In this document: in pieces, positions 1-9,122 of the stretch | Position numbering within the stretch: position 1 is the first letter of the stretch | Layout: every line of letters begins with the position of its first letter | Assembly: GCA_029932585.1 (NCBI GenBank) | Contig: JAOZPU010000001.1 | Location: 630-64,629 of the forward strand | Direction of reading: 5' to 3' | DNA from: Spirochaetia bacterium | GTDB lineage: Bacteria > Spirochaetota > Spirochaetia > B11-G9 | Length of the DNA stretch: 64,000 nucleotides | Notes under the pieces: model-generated | The model's input: the letters and a program-made list of their open reading frames with translations, nothing else | Databases searched by the model: none | What the model was told of the DNA's origin: nothing | Made by a program: the position numbers and the translations under genes

Positions 1-423
1 ACCTGTTACACCCATTCTTATCTCATCAAAGTCAGGTAAAATAAAATTGGAAAGATCTTTTGGAGATACTACATCTGTAATAAATGCCCCATCTGCCTTT
101 CCCCATATTATCTGCTGCTTTCCAATTCGAATATCCATAGAATCGAAAAATATATCCATATACAGTTCTTTAACACCAGCATCAATATCATTTGTACCTG
201 TCTGGTTTAAATATACTTCTGCATTTATAGCACTTGTGTCTCCAAAATATTCTGCTTTAAAGTCAAATGTGTTTTTAACTTCCGAATAATCGAGTGTATT
301 TAAAAATACTCCAGTAGTATTTCTTGCATAACCTCCAAAATAGAGGTCCTGTGCTGCGGCTCCTGCAGCGGATACAACTAACAATGCTATTGTCAGATTA
401 AAAATAATTGTTCCTTTTCTCAT
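1..423 (-). CDS. Partial CDS with only the N-terminus in the window. Exported protein, last gene of the TetR-MMPL-LolA-like operon, possibly an outer-membrane beta-barrel (DUF1302-like?).
   Basis: I translated the minus strand from ATG at 421-423 and it stays open to position 1 (141 codons, no in-frame stop). It starts MRKGTIIFNLTIALLVVSAAGAAAQDLYFGG, a signal peptide with an AXA site. Its ATG overlaps the stop of the upstream LolA-like gene (TAATG). The ORF track misses it because it has no stop in the window. Further downstream the sequence reads ...IRIGKQQIIWGKADGAFITDVVSPKDL. Confidence 0.5.
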   Translation of the reverse strand, partial: MRKGTIIFNLTIALLVVSAAGAAAQDLYFGGYARNTTGVFLNTLDYSEVKNTFDFKAEYFGDTSAINAEVYLNQTGTNDIDAGVKELYMDIFFDSMDIRIGKQQIIWGKADGAFITDVVSPKDLSNFILPDFDEIRMGVTG

Positions 424-1202
424 TATCTAATACCTCTCTCCATCATTCTTTCTGTAAACTGGCTGTCTTTTATACCTTCACCAATTTTAATATCTTTTAA
501 CTGCATAAGAGTTGTATGATCTTTTTGTTCGTTATACATTTCCATCTCTGGAATTACCCAATAACCATTAATTTGTTTGTGTTCATTAATAGTAAGACTT
601 TTTAGAAAATCACCATCTTCGTCATAAAACTCTTTTTTCATTCCAAACCACTCACCTTTTACAACCCAGGAAATAGTTTTTGAGTAGAGATAGTCACTAT
701 CTTTAGAGACACTTTCTACAACATAACATTCTTCTCCGTTAACACTTTCTTCTCTTAAAATTGTATGAGTATCTGCAGATGGATGTCTCCCGCCTAAATC
801 ATCATAGGTAAAATCTGATCCCATAAAATAATCACTTTTACTGCTGCTGGATATTCTTTTTGTCTTTTTAAGAGCTGGAAGATAGATCCACATATCATCA
901 GACTGGCCGTCACCGTATGACCAGGACATAAAAGATGTATTTTTTACATCACTGGGTGCAACAAAAAACATTATTTTCTTTTCATCAGCCCCAAACTGTT
1001 TAATAAACTGCTTAATCTCTCTAACTCTTGTAGAGCCCCTTGAATTAGTAAGGGTCATTGTTAAAGTTGATTGAATATCCGGGCCTGTAGGTCTGTTGTA
1101 AACATTTTCCATTACCTGTGCCCCTGTAATTTGTGCCTGGGCAAATCCCAATACCATTGCCATAAGCATTAAACTAATAATAAGTACTTTTGCTTTTTTC
1201 AT
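423..1202 (-). CDS. LolA-like outer-membrane lipoprotein-sorting-like periplasmic protein, partner of the MMPL exporter.
   Basis: The ORF 423..1238 has a probable true start at MKKAKVLIISLMLMAMVLGFAQAQ (signal peptide). It is about 260 aa and lies directly 3' of the MMPL gene on the same strand, the usual arrangement for LolA-like partners of RND/MMPL exporters. The family call is inference from size and context. Confidence 0.5.
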   Translation of the reverse strand: MKKAKVLIISLMLMAMVLGFAQAQITGAQVMENVYNRPTGPDIQSTLTMTLTNSRGSTRVREIKQFIKQFGADEKKIMFFVAPSDVKNTSFMSWSYGDGQSDDMWIYLPALKKTKRISSSSKSDYFMGSDFTYDDLGGRHPSADTHTILREESVNGEECYVVESVSKDSDYLYSKTISWVVKGEWFGMKKEFYDEDGDFLKSLTINEHKQINGYWVIPEMEMYNEQKDHTTLMQLKDIKIGEGIKDSQFTERMMERGIR

Positions 1203-1242
1203 TATTTTTCTCCTTTTTTTCTTTGGTTGCATAGGCAAGCAG

Positions 1243-3540
1243 TCAACTTGTTGACGACCTGCCTTTCTTAAAATATATATTTGATAAATAAAGTAGTAAG
1301 AACATTATTGTAAGTGTTCCTACAAAACTTGAAAACATATTTAACGATACAAGGGCACCAAGCTGTCTGTTTGGTGGAAAAATTGAGAACAGAAGTACAA
1401 GAAAACCGGAAATAACTACCACTGCATTAAATAGGATAGCTCGTCCTGTATTGTACATTGTCATCTTTGCTGTTTTTTGTTTATCACCAGTTTCAGCTGC
1501 ATATTCCTTGTATCTATCAATAAAGTGAATTGCATAATCAATACCAATACCTACAGCAATACTCGATATAAGTGCTGTTGTAGGCCCCAGAGGTATGTTT
1601 AATAATCCCATTGTTCCAAAATTAACAAGAGTTGTAACAAGTATGGGCACTGAAGCAATTAGACCAATAATAAAGTTTTTAAACATAATTGTTATTAAAA
1701 TTATTACAATAAGTATAGAAAGAATAAGGCTTGAAATCTGTCCATCAAGAATAAGGCCTCCAAAAACATAGCCTCTATAACCTGTTCCTGCAAAATTAAT
1801 ATCAATACCAAGATCATTAAAGCGATCTCTAAAATCTTCTACAACTGCGATAGCACCTTTGATAGTCTTTGTATCATCAGATTTCATTTGGGCTGTTATA
1901 TTGATTGTTTGATATTCATAATCTACAACAGAGGTTAAGTTTTCAGGATCACCTGACATCTCATATAACAAAAGATACTGGGCAATCATCTCCTGGGAAT
2001 CAGGAATTGAATTAAATTCATCCTTATCCTCATTCATTACTTTATTCATACGTTTAATAAAATCAGCTAAAGAGAAAGAATCACCTACCATTTCAAGAGA
2101 TTCCAGTTCATTCTGTAAATCGTCGACCAACTTGAGGGTTGTAGAATCTTTAAACTTATCAACCTCATCGGCTTCAAGTACAATATTCAAACTGGATGTA
2201 CCTGCAAAATTATTATTTATAAACCTATCAGTAATAACAATAGCACTATCTTTTTGAAAATTAGCTAAAAAACTGGAATTAATCCAAACTTTTGACATTC
2301 CAAATAATGATACCCCTATAACAACAATAGATAAAATAATGGTTAAATATTTTCGTTTTATTATCCATGTGTCTAAGCCAAAAGAAACTTTATCTTTATC
2401 GGCAGCTTTCTTTCGTACAAATTGTTTTGGTTTTGGAAGTCCTATAATCATTAAACCAGCAGGTATTAACACCAATGCAAAAATCATAGCGGACATTACA
2501 CCAAATGCTGTAAATAAACCAAAATATTTTACAGGATACACCTCTGATGTTATCAATGAAGTAAACCCTACTGCAGTTGTTACAGCTGTCATAAGAACAG
2601 GTTTCCACATATGTTTTAGAGTATCTGCAATTGCTGTTCGTTTATCTGAATCAGGATTTTTCTGAAGGTAAAGCTCCAGATGACTAAATAGATGAATCCC
2701 ATATGCTACGCCAATGGCTATAAGCATAATAGGGATCATTGTTGAAACAGAATAAACTGGAATATTAAGCAGAGACATAAGTCCAAATGCCCAAATAGTT
2801 GAAAGAAGAACAACGAGTAAATTCAAGACTGTGGCCTTAATACTTCTTAATATTATAAGTAAAACTAAAATAATAACAATTATAACAAGAGGGGCCATCT
2901 TCTGCATGTCTTTGGGCATTAGTCGACCAAGAGTTCCTTCTATAATAGGACTTCCGGCAACATACAGAGTTTCAGGACCTTCATATTCATCAGCAAAATT
3001 AAGAATTTGATTGTAAAAGTCATCTGTAAATGTTGTATCGCTTATTTCAGCTCTTATTATTGTTACTTTCTCATTAAGTGAAACTATTCGTCCATAAACC
3101 ATATCATTGGCTCTGACATCATCTCTTAATTTTTCAAGTTTCGATTCACTTGTAGGAACTCTTTTATAAAAAGAGTTTACCTCCATTCCAAAATCACTTC
3201 CGACTATATTATCTGCTGTATAGAGGGAGGTAACATCATTTTTTTCTATACCTTCCATATTTTGGATCTCTTTGGTCAGATCCTTAACCTTTTGAAGGGT
3301 TCCTTCGTTATAAATACCTTCCGAATTTTCAATGGCAATAATAATACCGTCTTTAATTTCAAAAAGCTCTTCTGCCTGGTTACTATAAACAAAAGCTGGA
3401 TGTTTTTGGGGCATATATTTATCCAGATCTGTTTCCATTCTAATGTTTGATTTCATTGCAAATATAAATATACCTGTAATAACTACAATTATTAAAATTG
3501 CAATCCATGAATAATCCAGTATTTTTTTAATATTTTTCAA
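1243..3540 (-). CDS. MMPL/RND-superfamily exporter (12-TM, two periplasmic loops).
   Basis: 765 aa with a TTG start. It has an N-terminal TM helix, then a large soluble loop, then a TM cluster (LVIIVIILVLLIILRS...), then a second loop and a second TM cluster (LILSILIVIILITIMF...), which is the MMPL duplicated architecture. It is co-directional with the upstream TetR gene and the downstream LolA-like gene. Confidence 0.8.
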   Translation of the reverse strand: MKNIKKILDYSWIAILIIVVITGIFIFAMKSNIRMETDLDKYMPQKHPAFVYSNQAEELFEIKDGIIIAIENSEGIYNEGTLQKVKDLTKEIQNMEGIEKNDVTSLYTADNIVGSDFGMEVNSFYKRVPTSESKLEKLRDDVRANDMVYGRIVSLNEKVTIIRAEISDTTFTDDFYNQILNFADEYEGPETLYVAGSPIIEGTLGRLMPKDMQKMAPLVIIVIILVLLIILRSIKATVLNLLVVLLSTIWAFGLMSLLNIPVYSVSTMIPIMLIAIGVAYGIHLFSHLELYLQKNPDSDKRTAIADTLKHMWKPVLMTAVTTAVGFTSLITSEVYPVKYFGLFTAFGVMSAMIFALVLIPAGLMIIGLPKPKQFVRKKAADKDKVSFGLDTWIIKRKYLTIILSIVVIGVSLFGMSKVWINSSFLANFQKDSAIVITDRFINNNFAGTSSLNIVLEADEVDKFKDSTTLKLVDDLQNELESLEMVGDSFSLADFIKRMNKVMNEDKDEFNSIPDSQEMIAQYLLLYEMSGDPENLTSVVDYEYQTINITAQMKSDDTKTIKGAIAVVEDFRDRFNDLGIDINFAGTGYRGYVFGGLILDGQISSLILSILIVIILITIMFKNFIIGLIASVPILVTTLVNFGTMGLLNIPLGPTTALISSIAVGIGIDYAIHFIDRYKEYAAETGDKQKTAKMTMYNTGRAILFNAVVVISGFLVLLFSIFPPNRQLGALVSLNMFSSFVGTLTIMFLLLYLSNIYFKKGRSSTS

Positions 3541-3598
3541 TAGTTTATCTCCTTGTATTTGTTTGTTATCTATAACTAATCATGAAAGTACAAAATTA

Positions 3599-4183
3599 TT
3601 ATGATGCTATTAATACTCCCAGGGTTCTATTTAATTTATTACCAGATTCAATTAAGTCTATAGAAAACCCGGACAATCTCCATACTGTCACAATTTGTCT
3701 TAATGAACCCATTACAATTACACTTAAATCATCCTTTTCAATATCACTACGAATACTTCCATCTTGTTGGCCTTTATCAATAAGATTCATAAAAAATAGA
3801 ATTGTAGAATTCATTATATTTTTTACCAGATCTGATAGTTCTGTCTGATTTTGAAAAATATCTTCCGAAAAAATAACCGCTGAAAGAGCAGGATTATCTT
3901 TTAATCTTTTTATTATCATCTCTATATACTTTGTCAGATGTAGAAATGATTGTTCACCGTCTATGGGTAATGGTGTTTCAATCAGCCTATTCTGATGTTT
4001 AAAAGACTCCAAAACTGCAATTATTATTTTTTGTTTGCTTTCAAAATGACGATATATTGCTGGTTCAGAAATACCTAATTCATGAGATAGATTTTTCATA
4101 GTTAAATCCTGAAGGCCTCTCTCAGAAATTATATGTATTGAAATATCTATTATCTGCTTTTGTCTTTTACTTAGTTCCTGCAT
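3599..4183 (-). CDS. TetR/AcrR-family transcriptional regulator.
   Basis: 194 aa. It has the N-terminal HTH region LTMKNLSHELGISEPAIYRHFESK typical of TetR and sits 58 nt upstream of the MMPL gene on the same strand. Confidence 0.8.
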   Translation of the reverse strand: MQELSKRQKQIIDISIHIISERGLQDLTMKNLSHELGISEPAIYRHFESKQKIIIAVLESFKHQNRLIETPLPIDGEQSFLHLTKYIEMIIKRLKDNPALSAVIFSEDIFQNQTELSDLVKNIMNSTILFFMNLIDKGQQDGSIRSDIEKDDLSVIVMGSLRQIVTVWRLSGFSIDLIESGNKLNRTLGVLIAS

Positions 4184-4194
4184 TCAAACCCCAC

Positions 4195-4220
4195 CATGTT
4201 AGTTAATATACACTAACATG
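4195..4220. promoter_or_regulatory. Perfect inverted repeat CATGTTAGT-N8-ACTAACATG 12 nt upstream of the tetR start codon, a candidate TetR operator.
   Basis: Read directly from the sequence: 9-bp arms at 4195-4203 and 4212-4220. The position in the tetR leader fits an autoregulatory operator. Confidence 0.4.
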
Positions 4221-4337
4221 AATGAAGATACTTTTAATCTATGGTATAGTCAATACTTTTTAGAACTTAATTTAATTAACACTCATTTTAATGTTTTTCA
4301 TTGACAAAATTTAAATAATTGTTTAAAAATACCTCAT

Positions 4338-4409
4338 GCGAGAGTAGCTCAGCGGTAGAGCTCCACCTTGCCAAGGTGGATGTCGAGGGTTCAATTCCCT
4401 TCTCTCGCT
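4338..4409 (+). tRNA. tRNA-Gly (anticodon GCC).
   Basis: Sequence GCGAGAGTAGCTCAGCGGTAGAGCTCCACCTTGCCAAGGTGGATGTCGAGGGTTCAATTCCCTTCTCTCGCT. It has a 7-bp acceptor stem GCGAGAG/CTCTCGC, a D-arm GCTC/GAGC, an anticodon stem CCACC/GGTGG with loop TTGCCAA, and a T-arm GAGGG-TTCAATT-CCCTT. Confidence 0.9.
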
Positions 4410-4429
4410 CTTTTTAAATCTTTATAATA

Positions 4430-4771
4430 TTATTCTTTTAGTAAATTTTCTGGTAAATATTCTTTTCGTACAGGTGAAAAAACTTCAATTATAACAGAAT
4501 CTTCAGAGGCAGCGGCACTGTGAACGACATCTGAAGGTACAGACCAACTATCACCTGGTGTAACTTCATATGTTTCATCTCCAATTGTAAGAAGCATAGA
4601 GCCTGATATTAAATAACCTGTTTGTTCACATGGATGATGATGTTTTGGTAACGAAATACCCTGTTCAATTAAAAATTCAGACAATAAAGTCTTATTGCCA
4701 TAGGTAAGTGTTTTTAATTTAACACCAGGAATTAATTCTTTATACCCACTTGTATCTTTTTTATAAAACAT
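4430..4771 (-). CDS. Small cupin-fold protein.
   Basis: 113 aa with a His-rich metal motif (PKHHHPCEQTGYLISG) and a later VVHSA, consistent with a cupin 2 barrel. Confidence 0.55.
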   Translation of the reverse strand: MFYKKDTSGYKELIPGVKLKTLTYGNKTLLSEFLIEQGISLPKHHHPCEQTGYLISGSMLLTIGDETYEVTPGDSWSVPSDVVHSAAASEDSVIIEVFSPVRKEYLPENLLKE

Positions 4772-4833
4772 AAAAGTCTCCTTTGGTTGCTGAGATCGTT
4801 CCTATATTAATGATACTGCTATAAAGTATAAAA

Positions 4834-5859
4834 TCAAAATCCTTTTTCAATAATTCCTGCCCCTAAGACTGAATCTCCAATATAAAAAACTCCAATTTGC
4901 CCAGGTGTAACTGCCCTTCTCTCATTATCAAATAGAACCTGAATTGTATCCTCTTTAATTTCAGTAAGTGTGGCCGGAGATCCATTATCCCTGTACCTTA
5001 TTTTAGCATCTACTATTATAGGGAAATTTGGTTTTTCAACTGCAATCCAATTACACCTGGAAACAATCATCCCTTTATTTAAAAGATCATTATTGAATCC
5101 AAGAATGACTTCGTTATTTTCCGGTTTAATTCCTATTACATAGTATGGATCAGTAGAAGAACTTATTCCAAGCCCCCGCCTTTGACCAATTGTATAATTT
5201 TCAATACCTTTATGCTTTCCAAGTATCAAACCTTTATTATCCACAAAATTTCCAGAACCTTTTGAATCGACTATAAAATCTCTGTAATCACCGGAACACA
5301 AGTCCTGGCTCTCTCTCTTGTCTGTAGTAAAAAGGCCAGCTTTTTCAGCAATTTTTCGTACTTCCGGTTTAGTTTTACCACCTAAAGGGAAAATAATCCG
5401 ACTCAATTGATCCTGCTGAAGCATAGAAAGAAAATATGCCTGATCTTTACCTTCATGAACACCTTTTTTTAATAAATAACGTTTTGTTTTATTATCCTGT
5501 TCAATAATAGAATAATGTCCTGTAGCGAAATATTCAAAATCTAAACCAGAAGAGAGTGCTTTTTCTATAAACTGTCCAAATTTAACTCCCCTGTTACACA
5601 TAACACAGGGATTTGGTGTTTTACCCAATGCATATTCATCTTTAATATATGAAATAACCAAATTCTTATATTCGTTTTGCAGATCTATCTTATAAAAAGG
5701 GATATTAAGAAACTCACAAACTTTTTCAGCATCAATTGCAGATGATTCATTTCCAAAAAGATTCATCCATATTCCAATAACGGCATGTCCTTGTTCACGT
5801 AATATCCATGCAGCAACAGATGAATCAACCCCACCACTTATACCAACGGCTATTTTCAT
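4834..5859 (-). CDS. mnmA: tRNA-specific 2-thiouridylase MnmA.
   Basis: 341 aa with the N-terminal PP-loop MKIAVGISGGVDSSVAAWIL. It also has the conserved Cys residues and C-terminal domain typical of MnmA. Confidence 0.9.
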   Translation of the reverse strand: MKIAVGISGGVDSSVAAWILREQGHAVIGIWMNLFGNESSAIDAEKVCEFLNIPFYKIDLQNEYKNLVISYIKDEYALGKTPNPCVMCNRGVKFGQFIEKALSSGLDFEYFATGHYSIIEQDNKTKRYLLKKGVHEGKDQAYFLSMLQQDQLSRIIFPLGGKTKPEVRKIAEKAGLFTTDKRESQDLCSGDYRDFIVDSKGSGNFVDNKGLILGKHKGIENYTIGQRRGLGISSSTDPYYVIGIKPENNEVILGFNNDLLNKGMIVSRCNWIAVEKPNFPIIVDAKIRYRDNGSPATLTEIKEDTIQVLFDNERRAVTPGQIGVFYIGDSVLGAGIIEKGF

Positions 5860-5996
5860 TTACTACCCCTATTATCATCTGAGTAAAATAGTATACTATT
5901 AAATAATGAAAAATTTAGCAATCTATCTTAAATATACAGTAAAAAATTTATGTGTAATGAAATAAATACTACAGATGAGATTTTTTGATTTTGAAT

Positions 5997-6030
5997 AAAA
6001 AAAAGGTCGTTTTTAACAACGACCTTTTTA
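5997..6030. terminator. Rho-independent terminator (A-run, hairpin GGTCGTT/AACGACC, T-run), probably bidirectional.
   Basis: AAAAAAAAGGTCGTTTTTAACAACGACCTTTTTAT sits between the rubrerythrin stop and the mnmA start. Confidence 0.5.
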
Positions 6031-6047
6031 TAATATTCTATTACACC

Positions 6048-6593
6048 CTATTTAAAATATCTGTTAAGAAGTCCCTGAAAAGCTTTTCCATGTCGGGCTT
6101 CATCTTTACACATTTCATGAACTGTATCATGTACAGCATCATAATTAAGTTTCTTAGCCAGTGTAGCCAAATCTTTTTTACCCTGGGTTGCACCATATTC
6201 TGCAGCAACTCTAGCTTCAAGGTTAGCTTTTGTATCAGCTACAACAACTTCACCAAGCATCTCTGCAAATTTTGAAGCATGATCTGCTTCTTCAAATGCT
6301 ATTCGTTTATAAGCCTCTGCTACTTCAGGAAAACCTTCCCTATCTGCTTGACGACTCATAGCCAGATACATTCCAACTTCTGTACATTCACCTGTAAAAT
6401 TCTGTCTCAATCCTTCTACTACTTCAGGATCCAAGCCCTTTGCTACACCAATTTTATGTTCATCAGCCCAAACAAGTTCACCGGACTGTTCATTAAATTT
6501 TTCTGCTGGTGCACCACAAGTAGGACATTTTTCAGGAGGATTTTCACCCATGTAGATATAACCGCATACTGAACAAACCCATTTTTTTTCCAT
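6048..6593 (-). CDS. Reverse rubrerythrin (N-terminal rubredoxin-like Cys4 domain plus C-terminal diiron ferritin-like domain).
   Basis: The ORF extends to 6665, but the likely start is [14 protein letters not shown], preceded by AGGAGAT. It has CxxC...CxxC at the N-terminus (CSVCG...CPTCG) and ExxH motifs (EEADH, DEARH) in the C-terminal part. The domain order is the reverse of classical rubrerythrin. Confidence 0.8.
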   Translation of the reverse strand: MEKKWVCSVCGYIYMGENPPEKCPTCGAPAEKFNEQSGELVWADEHKIGVAKGLDPEVVEGLRQNFTGECTEVGMYLAMSRQADREGFPEVAEAYKRIAFEEADHASKFAEMLGEVVVADTKANLEARVAAEYGATQGKKDLATLAKKLNYDAVHDTVHEMCKDEARHGKAFQGLLNRYFK

Positions 6594-6730
6594 AAGATTA
6601 TCTCCTAATTGATAATGATAATTATTTGTAGTATTATTATAATAACAGAAACTAGTAATTGTCAAGCAAATCTCAATTATAGCAGAGTTTTAATTACTGG
6701 ATTTATTTAATTTACATTTATAATTACAAA

Positions 6731-6761
6731 AATATTTATTATTATTAACTATTTGTAATTC
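6731..6761. promoter_or_regulatory. AT-rich inverted repeat AATTACAAA-N13-TTTGTAATT in the divergent rubrerythrin/xdh promoter region; candidate PerR/Fur-type box.
   Basis: Read from the sequence. It resembles the TTATAAT-type Per boxes that commonly control rubrerythrins. This is inference only. Confidence 0.25.
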
Positions 6762-6866
6762 TTCATAATTTTGCAATATTCATACAATAAATTGACGTAT
6801 TTATCAAAATATTGCTTTTATTATTTGCTTTTATGAAGTATACTGATTTAATCTTCTGGAGGTAAT

Positions 6867-9122
6867 ATGGATTCGAACAGCGTAGCATACAGGAATGATT
6901 CCTTTTCAAAAGTGACTGGACGCGCATATTATGTCGATGATTTTAGATTTTATAATGAAGCACGCTGCATTCCTGTTTATTCTGGATTTGTACATGCCAA
7001 ATTAATAAATATTAATTTTGAAGAGGCAGAAAAATACCCTGGTATAATAAAAGTGGTAACCTGGAAAGATGTTCCCGGGCAAATTAAATCAGGACAGATT
7101 TTTCAGGATTATTCGATTCTTGTTCAGGATAAAATTCGTTATGAGGGTGATGTAATAGCATTGGTTATTGCAGAAACAGAATCAGCAGCAATTGAAGCAT
7201 CTAAGCTTATTAAAATTGATGTTGAGGAACTACCTATAGTTTTGGATTCATTTGAAGCTATGCAGGATGGTGCTCCTTTAATAAATGAAGAATTTGCAAA
7301 AAACATTATTTGTCATCATAAAGTAAGAAAAGGTGATACAGATAAGGCCTTTGAGGAATGTGATTATATTATAGAAAAAGAATTTCACACTCCCCTGGTT
7401 GAACATGCTTATATTGAAACTGAAGGTTCAATCTGTATACCTAAACGAAACGGAGGCATAGAGGTTTACGGCAGCATGCAGCACCCCTTTAGTACCAGAA
7501 GATTTGTTTCTGCACACTTAGGAATACCTATTTCAGAAATTGAAGTTTTCTCACATCCCGTAGGTGGAAGTTTTGGTGGGAAAGATGATACTGCAGCTAT
7601 GATATGCGCAAGAACAGCATTGGCAGCAACAATTGTAAATAGACCAGTTCGTATGATCTATACCAGGGAATGGTCTATTAAAGAAAGTTATAAGAGAGTT
7701 CCTTATGATATTAAATATAAATACGGAATAAATAAAGATGGATATATAAAAGCTGTTAATTGCTATATATTGGCAAATTCCGGAGCAATTGCTTCAACAA
7801 CGCCTTGGCTGACATGGAGATCTACAGCCCAAAGTTGTGGACCATATATGGTTCCCAATGTAAATACAGATGTTTATGGGGTTGCAACAAATAATAGTTT
7901 TACAGGAGCTTTCAGAGGGTTTGGTGCTCCTCAAAGTAATTTTGCCATTGAACAAATGATGGATATATGTGCAGAAAAACTGCAAATTGATCCTATTAAA
8001 TTTAGAAAACAAAATGGTGTTGTTGATGGATCCACTACTATCACCGGTCAGGTTTTAAATACACATAAAGTCAGCCTTCATCAGGTAATTGATACTGTTG
8101 TTGAAGCTTCTGATTATTATAAAAAGATCGAACTTTCTGATCATGGAAAAGGTGATAAAGATAAATTCTACGGAATAGGTCTTGCTTCTTCATATAGAGG
8201 TTCAAGTATTGGTGCAGAGGGTATGGATTTTGCCAGCTGTACTGTAAATTGTCAGTTTGATGGATCTATAGTTCTTTCAACAGGAATATTTGAAAATGGT
8301 CAGGGTGCAGAAAGCGCTATGAACATTATGCTGGCAGATCTTTTAGGGGTTAAGATTGACAGAATATTTTATGTTACACCTTCTACTTCAAATATCCCTG
8401 ATAGTGGAACAACTGTAGCTTCCAGAGGAACTCTAATGGGTGGTGGAGCTATAAAAGATGCTGTTGAGAAATTAAAAGAAATTATGACTCAAAATTTATC
8501 AGATAAACTTCGCTGTCTACCCAGAGAGGTTGTATTTAAAGAGGATCATTTATGGGGCAGGGATGGCTACAAATTACCATGGGATGAAGCTGTTCGAATA
8601 TTACATTCCAGAAAAGTTTTTCCCTATGCTTTTGGTTATTTTCAGGCTCCTTCTGTTACATGGGATGAAGAAACAGGTCAGGGAGATGCATATTTTACAT
8701 ATGTATACAGTTGTCAGGCAGCTGAAGTTGAAGTAGATAGAAAAACAGGTAAAGTAAAAGTTCTTAAGGTTACTGCAGCCCATGATATAGGAAAAGCAAT
8801 TAATAAAGATATGGTTAAAGGTCAAATTTTTGGTGGAATTGTACAGGGAATGGGAATGGCTTTAACTGAAAACATTCAATGTGTGGATGGATTTATCCAA
8901 CAATTAAATCTGAATAAATACAAGATACCAAAATCTGGTGATATGCCGGATATGACAGCAATAATTATTGAAAATGCAGATCCAACCTCTCCTACCGGTG
9001 CAAAAGGGATCGGAGAACCAGCTCTGGAAATTACAGCACCAGCAATTGCCAATGCAATTTATAATGCTACAGGATATCGAGCTTATTCAATGCCGATAAA
9101 AGTACCAGTGGATATTTTTTAA
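6867..9122 (+). CDS. Xanthine dehydrogenase / aldehyde oxidase family molybdopterin-binding large subunit.
   Basis: 751 aa. It has the N-terminal Ald_Xan_dh_C-type region (VTGRAYYVDDF...) and a C-terminal GIGEP motif carrying the catalytic Glu. No FAD or 2Fe-2S subunit genes are nearby. Confidence 0.85.
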   Translation: MDSNSVAYRNDSFSKVTGRAYYVDDFRFYNEARCIPVYSGFVHAKLININFEEAEKYPGIIKVVTWKDVPGQIKSGQIFQDYSILVQDKIRYEGDVIALVIAETESAAIEASKLIKIDVEELPIVLDSFEAMQDGAPLINEEFAKNIICHHKVRKGDTDKAFEECDYIIEKEFHTPLVEHAYIETEGSICIPKRNGGIEVYGSMQHPFSTRRFVSAHLGIPISEIEVFSHPVGGSFGGKDDTAAMICARTALAATIVNRPVRMIYTREWSIKESYKRVPYDIKYKYGINKDGYIKAVNCYILANSGAIASTTPWLTWRSTAQSCGPYMVPNVNTDVYGVATNNSFTGAFRGFGAPQSNFAIEQMMDICAEKLQIDPIKFRKQNGVVDGSTTITGQVLNTHKVSLHQVIDTVVEASDYYKKIELSDHGKGDKDKFYGIGLASSYRGSSIGAEGMDFASCTVNCQFDGSIVLSTGIFENGQGAESAMNIMLADLLGVKIDRIFYVTPSTSNIPDSGTTVASRGTLMGGGAIKDAVEKLKEIMTQNLSDKLRCLPREVVFKEDHLWGRDGYKLPWDEAVRILHSRKVFPYAFGYFQAPSVTWDEETGQGDAYFTYVYSCQAAEVEVDRKTGKVKVLKVTAAHDIGKAINKDMVKGQIFGGIVQGMGMALTENIQCVDGFIQQLNLNKYKIPKSGDMPDMTAIIIENADPTSPTGAKGIGEPALEITAPAIANAIYNATGYRAYSMPIKVPVDIF

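Noticed and set aside
47-289. 80-aa plus-strand ORF at the left edge
   Set aside because: It lies antisense to a much longer continuous minus-strand reading frame (the third gene of the MMPL operon) that has a signal peptide and start/stop coupling.
2339-2665. Short ORFs antisense to or embedded in long genes (e.g. 2339-2665, 2396-2608, 3262-3450, 7794-8012, 8530-8825, 13406-13594, 14748-14960, 17085-17267, 20331-21979, 22867-23076, 24155-24349, 24472-24747, 33632-37657, 46689-46955, 50047-50978, 57268-58290, 62142-62588)
   Set aside because: All lie inside well-supported longer genes on the opposite strand or in another frame. They have low-complexity, AT-codon-driven compositions and no RBS, so they are typical spurious ORFs of an AT-rich genome.
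6666-6866. Possible purine or molybdenum-cofactor riboswitch upstream of the xanthine-dehydrogenase-family gene
   Set aside because: I looked for the conserved guanine-riboswitch core (the ...UAUA...CCGUAAAU...GACUA pattern) and for a long structured Moco-type leader. The region is nearly pure A/T with no stable stems, so no riboswitch is supported.
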